64,000 bases of DNA, from assembly GCA_013265495.1 (NCBI GenBank), contig MU058287.1, forward strand, positions 620,001 through 684,000, given 5' to 3'. Under the pieces are notes generated by a model, which was not told the DNA's origin, did no database searches, and saw nothing but the letters and a program-made list of their open reading frames with translations. Positions 1 through 12,966 of the stretch are shown in pieces; position 1 is the stretch's first letter; each line of letters opens with the position of its first letter. The stretch comes from Vicugna vicugna (taxonomy: Eukaryota). The translations under genes and the position numbers were made by a program.

Positions 1-424
1 GCCATAAAAAAGAATGAAATAATGCCATTTACAGCAACACGGATGGACCTAGAGATTATCATACTAAGTGAAGTAAGTCAGAAAAAGAAATACCATATGA
101 TATCATTTATATGTGGAATCTAAAAAAAATAATGACACAAATGAACTTATTTGCAAAATAGAAAGAGACTCACAGATGTAGAAAACAAACCAGAGAGGAA
201 AGAGGGTAGGGAGGGATAAATTGGGAGTTCTGGGTTTGCAGATACTAACTACTACCTATAAAAAAAGATAAACAGTAAAGTCCTACAGTATAGCACAGGG
301 GACTATATTCAATATCTTTTAATAACCTATAATGGGAAAGAATCTGAAAAAGAATATATATATATATAAATTCAGTTATATATATATATTTATATATCTA
401 AATTCAGTTTTATATATATGTGTA

Positions 425-467
<43 letters not shown>

Positions 468-707
468 ATAAAAACTGAATTGGGGGAGGATATGGCTCAA
501 GTGGTAGAGCACATGCTTAGCATGCACAAAGTCCTGGGTTTAATCCCCAGTACCTCCTCTAAAAATAAATAAATAAATAAATAAACCTAATTACCTCCCC
601 CTGCAAAAAAAAGAAACTGAATCACTTTGCTATATACCTGAAACTAACTCAACGTTATATATGAACTACAGTAAAAAACTTTAAAAAACCCATACCATTA
701 AAAAAAA
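1..707 (+). mobile_element. L1 LINE 3' end (end of ORF2 + 3'UTR) with internal (TA)n/(TG)n microsatellite, interrupted by a SINE
   Basis: gccataaaaaagaatgaaataatgccattt...atggacctagagattatcatactaagtgaagtaagtcag...tatagcacaggggactatattcaatatc...aactgaatcactttgc; A-rich end. Confidence 0.88.
482..613 (+). mobile_element. tRNA-Ala-derived camelid SINE (Vic-1-like)
   Basis: A box tggctcaagtgg, B-box-like ggtttaatccc, tail (taaa)n-cctaattacc-polyA; TSD aaactgaat at 472-480 and 614-622. Confidence 0.88.
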
Positions 708-719
708 TAACGATACTAT

Positions 720-880
720 TTCTAGGATTTGTTTCAAAATAGTCCTGGAGGAGAGGTAAGTATAGATGAAAGAAGATTGGCCACAAGTCAGTAATTATTT
801 AAGCTGAGCGATAGATACATGGGGTTTATTATTCTCATATCTCTATTTACAGATATGGGAACATTTCCATAATAAAAAGA
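720..880 (+). mobile_element. Old L1 (L1MC/ME-type) 3' end fragment
   Basis: ggatttgtttcaaaata...gatacatggggttttattattctc...catttccataataaaa resembles ancient L1 3' termini. Confidence 0.55.
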
Positions 881-2899
881 TAGGTAAAGGAAAAAGACTT
901 GGCTTAAGGGCAAATGATGATAGCGTGGTTATTGAATCCTGCTTAGTTGTTGGCTTCTTGGGTTAGGAGGCAGTGGGAAGCGATGGACGGAGTGCTGTGC
1001 TGAGGGAACATCTGGATTCTAGTTGTATTCTTGCCACCAAGGTGCCGTGTGACCTGGAGCAAGTCGGGTCAGAGTTGAGTGAGTTGAATTTTAATGTGCT
1101 TTCAGTTCCAGATTCTGTTGTGGGTCCTTGACTCCCTCCGATTCCTGGCTGGGTGTCTTGTTCTGCCTTCTTCTTCGGTGCCGATGGAAGTACCCTGGCC
1201 TTCTTAAGTGCCTCCCTCTCAGGTTTCCCTAAGCATTGGGGGAATCTGGCTCTTTGAGTTACCATGGATACCGAAGATGGGTGTAGGGCTCCAGACAGTA
1301 GTATTAAGGCATTGAAAAGAAACGGTGGAAGTCAAGTCAGTTGTCTTTCTTGCCCTTTTCCTGAATCTGGGCTGCTAACTTTTTTCTCCCTAAAGTAGAA
1401 ACAGTTACAAAGAGCTTTCCTTCATCTTTTCTTGTCACCTTTTAAAAATTGTTTTAATGGTAGGGAGGCTGTAACATTTCCACTAGCCCAGAATATCTTA
1501 GAAAAGTCATTTTAAACAGCACTAAATGTTATTATATATTAGTCTATATTTATTGAGGACAGGCTAGCCATCCTCATAGTCACTCTTTCCTTTTCAGATT
1601 CACATAGGATTTTATATAAATTGAGCTCTAAGAAGTTACTTGTGGATACTCTATTTCTAGTTCCTAAAGACTACCAAGCTACATTAAGAACCTGGAAAAG
1701 TTATTAGATGCCTCATTTGTTTTTATTTTTTCCTTGTCTTTGCATCAAAATTGTGATGTAATAGCATAAAAACAATCCAAGTAGATGTGTTAACAATCCA
1801 TTGTGAATTTTTCTGCATCATTCCTTTTTAAACCCATTTATCACTAATTTTTACTTGGATTTCATAAGATGTTATCAAATATCCTCTATATTTTATTATC
1901 ACTATATATATGTATGTATGTATATGTTTATTTTAAGGCTTCAATTTCTGCTGAGCTTTACAAAATGTATTAGTAAAGCCTAAAATAAATGGAGCCACAA
2001 AATAGTGCAACGTATATTTTTTTCACATTGAAGAAAGATGCCACATCTAGAGGAAAACTGATGCATTTGGAAATAACCAAGAGACAGGTGTTTTCTTCTT
2101 TAATAAATTGTCTCAAACAGTGAAACCTAGGTGTTTGGGTATGACCAAGGCCATGTGCAGTCTGGCCAACTATAAAGTACCTCTTAGGCAAGATCTTCAA
2201 TATTTTGGGATATGAAAGAAGATGAATTTCTTCCAAGAAAAGGAACTCTTTTGTTTTTCCTTTCCCTAAACTCTTGGCTTTACAGTTGTATGGACATGAG
2301 TCTTACTGGATTCTGCTACGCAGCGATTGACACCGCTTTTCCGAGTCTGGGTGTCTGCTGTAGGAACTGTTAGGTGGCACTAGGTAGGATGCAGCGTTGA
2401 TTTATTAACGCCATTGTAATGAATGCTGTTATTCTCACACACGTACTCTGCTGGTGGGAGTTAAGAAAGGTCCTGTCTTCTGCCTGCTTTGGTGGTCCTT
2501 GAGTCAATCTGATTTTGGAAGGCCGTCTTGTCCTGCAAGGCAAGCTGGGCCTCTGCCCCGACTTCAAGTTCTCTGGCCTTGTTTTAAACCAGACAGTTAC
2601 CTGTATCTCCAGCTCTGTTCAGGATGATCCATGGGCTGTTAGGTTCTAGAGCCGAATAGTCTTTTCTGTTTACTTCCCCTCCTTCTTCACTTTTTCTGTC
2701 TTGAGTGAGAGTCCTTCTTTGGTCCCACCTAAGTTCTATTCCTTCCCTGTCTTTAGAACTTAAAATCTTACTTATACGTTTTTATCCTACATAATCATTT
2801 CTTCCTGTTTTTTACCCCTGGTGAGGGATCAGTAGTGGTAAGGGTTCCTCCCCCTGGTGCTTTACAAATGCTTTCGTCTCCTCAAAGCTGACAATACAA

Positions 2900-3200
2900 A
2901 CATCCCCAACTAAACACGATCGATCCTGCAACTTCTGCATGATCTGTTACCACCAAGACCAAACGTCTTGAAAGCCCACCCTGGGTCTGCTGCTTCCACT
3001 CCCCCACCCCCATTCCTTTCCCTCTGCAATCTGCCCCCACACCAGCACTCCACGGAGGTTATTCCAAGCCTACCAGTCATGAAACGCGGTGTTACTCTCT
3101 CATTTTCATCCTTTTCAATCTCTACAACACGTGCCATTACTGATCAGTCCTTCCTTGTTCTACAGAATCTTATTTGATTTACAGGAGATGTCATCTTGGT
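2900..3200 (+). mobile_element. L2 LINE fragment (degenerate)
   Basis: Pyrimidine-rich L2-like text (cactccacggag...ttttcatccttttcaatctct...ctgatcagtccttcctt). Confidence 0.45.
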
Positions 3201-6132
3201 TGTCTTTGACTTTTCTTTCTCTTTCACCCCCTCTCTTCCTCTTCTCATTTCCCCTAAACCTTTCAGGGAGGTTCGCTACCTGTTTTAACCTTTCTCTTTC
3301 TGTGCATGTGCCCTCCCTCACCCTGCTCTCTTCCCAGTGCCCACATCTCTCAAACTCAGGCTCCAGCCAAGGCCCAGGCACATCAACCCAAGCACCCGAT
3401 GGGCAGCAGAGCCTGAGGACCGCGTGTTCACTCAAAATCCATTTGTATGGTCTACACACATCTGCATTGAAAACATGGCTCATGCCAGGCACTGCTGAAT
3501 TTGTTTCTGGATGTCAATTTTTTAAGGAAAAAAATCAGATTTTTATAGTGAGAATTTTCTTTTAAGAAATGTGCATCAGATTCTCTTTTCACATGATGAA
3601 GGGAGGGATTCTGTTAAGTATGACTAAGATTGCAGGGTTAGACTCAGACATTTTCACAGCGAGAGGTTGTGATGTCTGAGAGCAGAAGAACTGTGGTGTA
3701 TACGTGCTGTCTATACTCCGGTTTAGAAGAGAGGGTCTTGTTGACTTAGGACCAGCCTCACTTCCTCAAACCCCTGTGTGACTGGGTAGGTGACCACAGA
3801 GCAGCCATCTAACCCCACTGCTCCCTAAAGGTACCACAGGATTTGAACAGAGTATGAGATAACAACAGTGATCTTTTACAAGAATGACCCTTCAACATTA
3901 AGGCAATGGCACCAAACAGAGATCTTACAACTCAATTTTTTATTGTTCCCTCAACAAACATTCACCGTTAATACTTCACCTTGGCTTAACATCTAAAATG
4001 CCTTTAGCTTAAATCTTTACTTTTTTCATAACTTCTGCTTTCACAAATACTTCTGTATTTTGGGGTAGTATTAAAATATAATTTCAGGACTAGAAACAAA
4101 TTATTTTCAGTGGCACAAGACAGAAAACATAAAGGTCACTTGGCAGCAGTGGTCATCAGAATCTTTCATCGTGCTAGCCCTACTTATTTCGTGCGTTACC
4201 TTAAACTTTCATTTGAATGAGGGCAAGTACTGACATGCTGTGAATGAGCACAGAGTGGGGGAAAGGGGAGCAGGAAAGCCCTTGTACAAATACTTTCTAA
4301 ACCAAAGCAGATCCTCTGCCGTCTCCAGCTACCCTTGCTGTTGCAGACATGGCTTTCTTTGGCATCCAGACTTTGACCATGGAGTTCTTTGACTCTTTCC
4401 TGTCTCTTACCATCGTCTACATTCTATTAGTTCCTAAACCTTTCATTTATTTCTCCAAGTGCAGGGTCTCTAACGGCAGCCTTTCTGCTCAGTCCCTGTT
4501 GTCTGGCCCTCCTCACTCTATGACTCAATTATTGCAGGTGGCCTCTTTGCTATACTCAGGAACTAGCCCTAGAAAGCTGTGGAATGCTAGAGAAGGCAAG
4601 GAGAGGCTGGGTTCTGGCGTGAAGCCTGCCTGGGAGGGGAATCTGACCCCTCTAGGGAGGCAGGCAGAGGGTTCAGGATGGCATGGGCTGAGTAGCCAAG
4701 ATAGCTTTCAAGTCTCAGGCCAGCAAATAGAGCACTGGGTCCTTCACAACAAAGTGGCACGTGTTCCACCAGGTAGGGTGGCATAACAGAGCATCCAGGT
4801 GAGGCAAGCCTTGATAGCCAGGCATCCTTTACTTAGGTGATAGTATTCATGGGCAGTTGGTGCCAGAACCAAGAAGCCTCAAACAGGGGCCCTTTCGTTT
4901 TCTTTTACGGAACCAGGGAATAGTGCTGGTGACTAGGACAGGAAGTTATCCAGCGATTCAGGACAGAAACTCGCTGCTTAAAGTGGGACACAGGGGCTGG
5001 GTCTGTGGGAGTGGCCTCCTCGGACCCCAGCCCTCAGGGGCTAGAGCTCCTCCTGCTACAGGGGCACAGCCCGAGAGCCAGGCTGAGCCAGCAGAGATTG
5101 CTGTGGTTTGGGGAAGATAGGTAGGGAAATCTGTGCCATCACCCTCCAGACCATCCCAGGTGCCACCGCGGGGAAACTTCCTCGGGGAGCTTCAGTTCTT
5201 CTCTTCTTGCTCCAAAGGCGTGGCTGACTCCATGTCGTTTCCTAAATGAGTCCCAGACTCTCCAGCCCTCCTTAATGTAAGCCAAACTGACCTTTCCTGT
5301 CTTGCCTTTCCCTCCCGGTCACTTGCCTTGGACTCCGTCACACGGAGCCCCTCACTGAGCATGCCCCAAGCCCCCATATCCCCAGGCCTTCCCTCTTCAT
5401 CTGAGCACCTCTTCCTACAGCTACACCTGGTGAAGTACTGCCGGCCATGCAGGGGTCTTTAATGTGCCTTCTTCCCTGAAGATGTTTTTGACCTTGATTC
5501 TGCATCGCTGGGTCGGAACCTCCCCTCCTTTGTTTGTCCTCCTGCTGTGACGTGTGTATTTTGACTTCTTGTTTGGCTACTAATTTACCATGTCAGTCAT
5601 TTAATGATAGAGACTGTCTCACTTACCTTCGCCCTACCTCAGATGCTTTACATAATAATTTGTACCTGGTATGTAGTCTTAAAAGGTGTCTTGAATTGCT
5701 TATTTATTGACTCTCCACCATAACTGAAAATACAGCACTGGGTGCTTTAGGACTTTATGAAATAAATTGAAGATTGAAAAAATATTGTGAAAAAGATAAA
5801 GACAATAAATTAAAACCAAACCAAAAACATGTGCTCACAATTACAACCATGTACACTATTAAGAAGCCAATAAAATAATTAAGGGAAATTTTTCTTTCTT
5901 ATCTTTTGCCCTTGTTTAAAAAGTAAGCTATCCTCCTAAATAAAGAAAATTAAGACAATTTATTTTCATTGTAATTGTAACATTTATTTATGTTGTTAGT
6001 AATGGGGAAGGAATGCCTGTCTAGATTTTTAGATAACATTGTTGCAAGCTATCAGCATTCTAGGAATCAGAGTAATTTGCAGAAAGTCATCTGGTAAAAA
6101 CTTTAATTTACTGAAGGTACTTTGTACTCCCT

Positions 6133-6385
6133 AATAATAATAATGGCAGTTTTTTCAATTGAATGCTGTCACGTGCCGGTTCTGCTCCAAGAACTACTCG
6201 TATTAGCTCATTTAATCATCAGAGTTTATGAAGTTTAAGTGCTGCTTTTATCGCAGTTTTACTGATGAGGACACTAAGGCCAGAAAATTCAAATGACTTG
6301 CCCAAGGAAACATGCCTGGTAGGAGGCAAAGGCAGTGTTTGAATCCAAGCAATAAGATGCCACAGCCCAAAATTTTGGTCATTGC
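6133..6385 (-). mobile_element. MIR SINE
   Basis: Reverse-complement MIR core: ttttactgatgaggacactaaggccaga...aaatgacttgcccaagg...tttgaatccaag. Confidence 0.75.
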
Positions 6386-8558
6386 GCAGCATGGCCTCTC
6401 TAGACGATACGTTCCTATCCAGCTCAGTAAGGACTGATCACTGAAAGGTGATCTTAACACAAGGGTTAGCTTCATATACGAGAGTTTTTGCTGTCAGAAG
6501 GATTTGGTCCGAATTATTTCGCTTCTGCATGACTAGCCTGATTAGCAGTGTCCACATAGAAAAACAGTTGGCTAGGATCAAAATTACGTTTGGTTCATTT
6601 AAGATGAGGTTCTTTGTAATCACAGAGGCACAGTGTTGCTGCTAGTGATTATTTTCTATATCTAGAAGGTAGGGCAGAACCAGAAGATTTTCCCAGGGTG
6701 GGATTTGTTCAGGACTGGCCTGGTTGCATCAATAATGACGGCATTTTGATTTTATCTATCTTGTTCCACTAAGAATATGAAAGTGCCTTCGTGTACCATT
6801 CACTTTCTTGCCCTATTGGAGGAAGGGAGGAGAATCTCTCCCTTTTCCCAATTTACTGTAGCAGAGGGACGCTGACCTCCTTTGAGTCAGGAATCCTGTC
6901 CCACCATGTCTCAAAGGGTTACTTTCTTACACTTCTACTTCATATCACCTGTTTATTCTCTTCTTCTGTCTCTGCACCCAGTGTATTGTTCACCCAACTT
7001 CTTGGACGCAGTTTCCTGTGAAATCCCTAGAATTCTCCACTGCTGTGTTTCCTGTCCTGGCCGCTGTCCTCCGTGATACCGCATTTTATGGTGTTATCTG
7101 GGTGGTTCCCTCCCTCTCTCATTCAATCTTCAGGTTCTCTTCCATAGGCCACTTTGGTCAGCCTCGGCCCAGTACGTCATTTCTATGTTCATGGAAAGGG
7201 CCCCTGTCTTGCCAGGCCTGGATTATTGTACCAATATTATGGTCCAGAAAATCAACCTTCATCTCTGACACCATCCGTTTAAATGGCTCTTCACTTTCTT
7301 TGTCCACTCTTTGTACATCCTGATCTTCAGCCAGAAGAGAACACTGCCCACACACCCTCCACACCTTTCTGGTTCTCCTCAGGACTTCTGACTAGAGATG
7401 GGCCTTCTCATTGCTTCTAGGGAAGACCATTATTCCTGTTTTAAAAATCAATAGAGGAGGGTTTGCAACATCTTGGCAAGTCCTCCTTCATGTCCTAAGA
7501 AACACATTTATGAAACGACAGCCTGCCTTCTGATGGGCCACACAGGCCACACACATCAGGCAGAGCTCCCCAGTGGCCACTGTTGGACTCTTCCTGTCCT
7601 GTTCATTCGTACAGCAAATATTCACTGATCGCCTACCCCAAGCCCAGATCTGTTCTGTGCCCTGGGGATATGAGAGTTAACAAAAAGGGAAAGTTCCCAG
7701 GCTCGTGAACCTTGTCCTTTGCTCTTTGCTGTGGTGTCTCTGGTGAACCCCTCCTCTCGTCTGTCTCTCTGACCTGCTGTCCGGCTCAGATCTGCACAGT
7801 TCATCAGCTGTGTGCTGACATTTTCGTCCTGTCAACCTCTCAGCTGTTGTTTTGATTCCTCTTTTCTTCCTCGAAACATTGCTCTTTGTAAAACATCCTT
7901 AACTGTGTTATTTTTCCCTTCCCTTATTTTTCGAGATATGGTTCACCTCTTCCAGAGCAAAGGGAGATGTTCCCCCACTCCCCTTTACTTTCTCATGTGT
8001 GAAAACTGCTTTATATTTGTAACTTGCCTTTGGTGGCTCGTCTCCAAGGAAGAAAAGCAGAGGTCATAGCTGAAAGATCGCTGGAATGGTTTTTGCACGG
8101 TCCTGACCCTGGGGTCTCAAGGTTACCTGTAGTCAGTTTTTGGCATCTCCTCTTGGAAATATTTCCTGTAAACTTCCCTTAGGAAACCGGTCCCCGAGGA
8201 ATGAGGCTTTTCACTGAGGACTGCTTTGTGCTTGCTGGGTCAAACCCTAGCCCTTTCAGAAAACACAAATAGAGTTTTGATTTTTCCAAAACTTTAACCT
8301 GCCTTGCCTCTCTTTTTAACTGTGGTCTTGGGCCAATGAGCTGTAGTCCACAGGAAGGTACGTCTTACTCTTTCTGACAGCTCCAATAGAAAACCACTGA
8401 GGCTTCTTGCAAGTAGCTGCGGTTGGTTTATGTGGGAGGCAGATAGTCAGAGGAACCACTGGCTAGTTCACTCTCTGTCACTGCATTTGTGATCAGGACT
8501 TTCTCAAAAGAAATCATTTTCTTGGTCACTCACCACTCTTGTGTTTTTCCTGTTTGGG

Positions 8559-8595
8559 GTGTGTGTGTGTGCGCGCGCGTGCGTGTGTGTATACA
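8559..8595. repeat. (TG)n(CG)n compound microsatellite
   Basis: gtgtgtgtgtgtgcgcgcgcgtgcgtgtgtgtataca read directly. Confidence 0.9.
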
Positions 8596-11500
8596 GTTCT
8601 AAGAATTTTAATATATATTTAGCTTTGGGTAACTGTCATCATAATTAGGATGTATCTCAGTTCCATCACTCCCCAAATCTCTTCTGTGTTGTCCTTTTAT
8701 GGTCACACCCTACTTCTGCTCCACACACACACTCCCCATCCTGAACTCCTAACCTCTGGCAAACACTGTTCTTCTTTACTATTTTGTTTCAAGTATGTCA
8801 TAAATATTGGAACCATTCATATAAAATCTTTTGAGACTGGCTTCTTTCACTCAGCATAGCAACTCTGAGACTCACCCAGGGTGTTGTGTGTATCAGTAAC
8901 TCCTTGTGATTGGCAGGTTGTGTTCTTTGGTATGGCTGTACCAGAGTTTATATATTCACTTATTGAAGGACATATGGATTGTTTCCAGTTTGAGGTAATT
9001 ATGAGTAGAGTAGAGCTATCAACACTCATATAGAGGTTTTCATGTGAGCAGAAGTTTTCATTTCTCTAGGGAAAATATGTAGGAGTTGATTTGGGGGTCG
9101 TATATTAAATGCATGTTTAACTTTATAAGCAACTGCCAAACTGTTTTCCAGGGTTTTGCATTCCTACGAGCAGGGTCAGAAAGTTACAGTTGCTCCATAT
9201 CCTTGTCAGCACTTGGTATTATCATGATTAATTTTTTTTAACTATAGTTAAAAACATAAAGTTTACAATCTTAACCATTTTTAAAATATACACATCAGTA
9301 GTAAAGTATATTTACACTGTTGTAGAGAAAATCTCTCATCTTATGGAACTGAAACTCTATGCCTATTAAATGACTCCGTTTTACCTCCTCTCCCCAATCC
9401 CTGATGGTCACCACGATTCTATTTTCTGTGTCTATGAATTTGACTATATTAGATACTATGTTCATATAAGTGGAACCATATAGTAGTTGTCCTATTATGA
9501 CTGGTTTATTTCGTTTAGCATAATATCCTCAAGGTTCATTCATGATAAAGCATGTGGCAGCATTTCCCTTTTTTAAGACTGCATAGTATTTCATTGCATG
9601 CACCCACCACATTTTGTTTATCCATTCATCTGTCAGCAGACATTTGGGTTGCTTCCACCTCTTGGTTGTTGTGAATGGTGCTGTTGTGAACATAGATGTG
9701 CTGTCATTATTTTTTATTTTAGCCATTCTAGGAGGTATGAAGTAAAATATTGTCATTTCCCTAATGGTTAATCATGTTCAACTTCTCATGTACTTATCCA
9801 CCATCCATATGTCCTCTTTGGTAGAGTTTCTGTTTAAATATTTTGCCTATTTTTAAACTGTGTTGTTTTCCTACTGTTGCATTTCGAGAGTTCTTTATGT
9901 GTTCAGATAGAAGTTCTTTGTCAGATACATGATTCACAAATATTTTCTGCGAGTTTGTAGCTGATCTCTTTGCTTAACCCCAGGTAATGAAAATTTTCTC
10001 CTATGATTTCTTCTAAAACTTTTAGTTTAATGTTTTACATTTAGATCTATGATCAGTCTTGTGTTATTTCTTATGTAAGATGTGAGGTTTACGTCAAGGT
10101 TCATTTTTTGCATATAAATGTCTAGTTTTTTTTAATATCATATTTTGAAAAGACTATCTTTTCTCCATTAACTTGCCTTTGCATCATTATAAAAATCAAT
10201 AAGCCATATACTGTTCTTTGGTAAATGTGTGTTCAGGTCTTCTGGCCAATGCTTATTGAGTTGTTTCCTTAATGTTGAGTTTTGAGAGTACTTTCTATGC
10301 TCTAGATACATATGATATCTTTGTCAGATATGTTATTAAAGATATTTCCTGCCAGACTGTATGTAGCATGTCTTTCCATTCTGTAACAGTGTCATTTACA
10401 GAGCAAAAGTCTTAATGTTAATGATTATCACTTCTTGCCTTTAGGATCATGCCCTTGGTGTCATACATAAGAACTCTCAAGAGAATTTGTTGAAAAGACT
10501 ATTCTTTCTCCATTGAATTGCCTTTACAGCTTTGTCAGAAATTAATTGGCCACATAGTCTTTATCAAAAATTAAGACCTGCATTTGTGTGAGTTTATTTC
10601 TGGACTCAGTATTCTGTGCTCTTAATCTATGTATCTGCTCCTTCACCAGTATCACACTGTCTTGATTACTGTAGCTTCATAAGTCTGAGAATTAGGTACT
10701 ATGATTTTTCCAACTTTATTCATTTTCAAAGTTGTTTTCACTAATCTAATTTCCTTGCTTTTTCAAATAAATTTTACAGTCAGCTTGTTTATATTCTCAA
10801 ATTTTTCCTACTGAGATTTTTATTGGAATTACATTAAATCTGTGTTGCAGTTTGGGTAGAACTGATTACTACGTTGAATCTTCTATGAACTGGTATGTCT
10901 CTCCATTTAATTAGCTCTTCTATTTCTTTCATTTGTGGTTTGAAGATTTTAGAAAACAGCATTAGGTTTATTCCTAAGTATTTCTTTCCTTTTTTTTTTA
11001 ACTATCGTAAATGCCGTATTTTAAAATTTGTTTCCAGTTGTTTATTGCTAGTTTATGGAAATACAGTTGTATTTGCTACCCTGCTAAACTTACTTACTAA
11101 TTCTAGTGGTTCTTATGTTTTTCTGTGTAGTTAATTATATCATCTGAGTAGGGATGGTTTTATTTCCTTTCTAATCTATAGGTCTTTTATTTCATTTCTT
11201 GCCCTTTTGCACTAGCTGGGACCTAGGGGTGGTGAAGGGGGCGATCTTGGCCTTGTTCCCATTTTTATGGGGAAGCGTTAAGTATGATGTTAGCTGAAGG
11301 TATGTGGTAGATACACTTTATCAGGCTGAAGTTCCTTTTTATTCCTGATTTTCAAAGATACTGTGATATTATGAACAGATGTTGAATTTCTCAAATGGCT
11401 TTTCATGTCATTCATATGATCATGTAGTTTTTCTTCTTTCGACTATTATTATGCTTGATTACATTGATAGATTTTTGAATATTGAACCAATTGTGCATTC

Positions 11501-11890
11501 CTGGGACAAACCCCACTGAGTTATGGTATATTATTCTTTTTTTATATTGCTGGATTTTATTTAATAATATTTTATTGAAGAGTCGTAATATTGGCCTGTA
11601 GTTTTCTTTTCTTGTGCTCTCTGTCTTGTTTTAGTATCCAGGTGGTGCTGGCCCCATACAATGAGTTGGGAACTATTTCCTAGCCTTCTGTTCGTGGAAA
11701 AGATTGTGTAGAATTGGTGTCAGTTCTCCTTTAAATGTTTGGTGGAATTCACCAGTGAAACAAGCTGGGCCTGAAGATTTCTTTTTAAAAATGATTTTAA
11801 GCTGGAAATATAATTTCTTTAACAGTTACAGGGCTGTTCAGGTTATCTCTTTAGTCTTGGGTAAGTTTTGATAGGAACTCTGGTGTTTTT
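8596..11890 (-). mobile_element. Cluster of old antisense L1 fragments (3'UTR to ORF2), with a nested L1 3' end at ~9232-9700
   Basis: Antisense L1 motifs throughout (ttgtttccagtttg, aactgccaaactgttttcca, ttgaaaagactat, cttgattactgtagct, ggaattcaccagtgaa); ORF 9529..9756(-) reads SMFTTAPFTTTKRWKQPKC...DEWINKMW, the L1 ORF2 C-terminus. Confidence 0.88.
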
Positions 11891-12039
11891 GAATAAAAAA
11901 CAAAGGGAGGGTCTTCTTCCAAATTTCTTTATGATTAACCAGCTACCTTGTGCCCTTCATTGAAATCCATGTCCAGATGCTAACTTCTCAATGCAGTCTC
12001 CCTTATCCTATACTGTATCTCTCCTGTCCCCCAGCACTC

Positions 12040-12735
12040 TTTTTTTAAATAGCTTTAGTAAATATCTCATATCTTATAAGTATATTTGTATACCAGTTTA
12101 CTGACTTAATGTGTATAATTCAGTGATTTTTAATAAATCACAAACTATGCAACCATCACCACAATCACATTTAAACGCTTTTATCATCTTAAAAAGAAAC
12201 CCCATTCCGTTAGGAGTCACTCCCTGTTATCCTCCAAAAGTGCCAACTCTGTTCTCTGTCTCTGTTATAGGTTTGCCTGTTCTTGATGTTTCATATAAAT
12301 GGAGTCATGTAATAAATACGTGGTGTTTGACTGGCTCCTTTCACTGGGTATAATGTTTTCAGTGTTCATCCATGTTGTGACATATATCAGTACTTAATTT
12401 CTTTTATTATCAAATAGTATTCCAGTGTATAAATAAACCACACTTTAGCTATCCATCAGTTGATGAACATTTGAGTTGTTTCTACTCTTGGCTATTTTGA
12501 ATAATGCTTCCATGAACATCTGTGTATAAGTTTTCCTGTGGACACATGTTTTCATTTCTCTTGGTTGTATACCTAGAAATGGAATTGCTGAGTCATATGA
12601 TAATTCAGTGTTTAATATTTTGAGAAATGGCCAAGACTGTTTTCCAAAAACATCTGCATTATTTTACATTCCCACCAGCAGCGTATGAAGGTTCCAATGT
12701 CTCCCACTCTGGGCAATATTTGTTATCATCCACTC
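12040..12735 (-). mobile_element. L1MB-type 3' end
   Basis: T-tract then tgcaaccatcaccacaatc...aaaagaaaccccat...atacctagaaatggaattgctgagtcata...cattcccaccagcagcgtatga. Confidence 0.85.
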
Positions 12736-12799
12736 TTAGTTCCTCTTTCTGCCTTATTTTTTCCGTTTTCCATAGTACATGTTACCACCTAATGTTTAT

Positions 12800-12966
12800 G
12801 AACTATTTCTATTGTTTATTATCTGGTCCCACTTCCCACTAGATTATAAATTCCATGAGGGTGGGAATTTTTGTTTTCTTCTCTGATAAAATCCTAAGCA
12901 ACCAGAATAGTGCCTGGCTTATGTTAAACATTCAGTGAGTGTTTGCTGAATGAATGAATGAATGAA
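12800..12966 (+). mobile_element. L2 LINE 3' end with (GAAT)n tail
   Basis: ctagattataaattccatgaggg...agaatagtgcctggc...tgctgaatgaatgaatgaatgaa. Confidence 0.8.
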
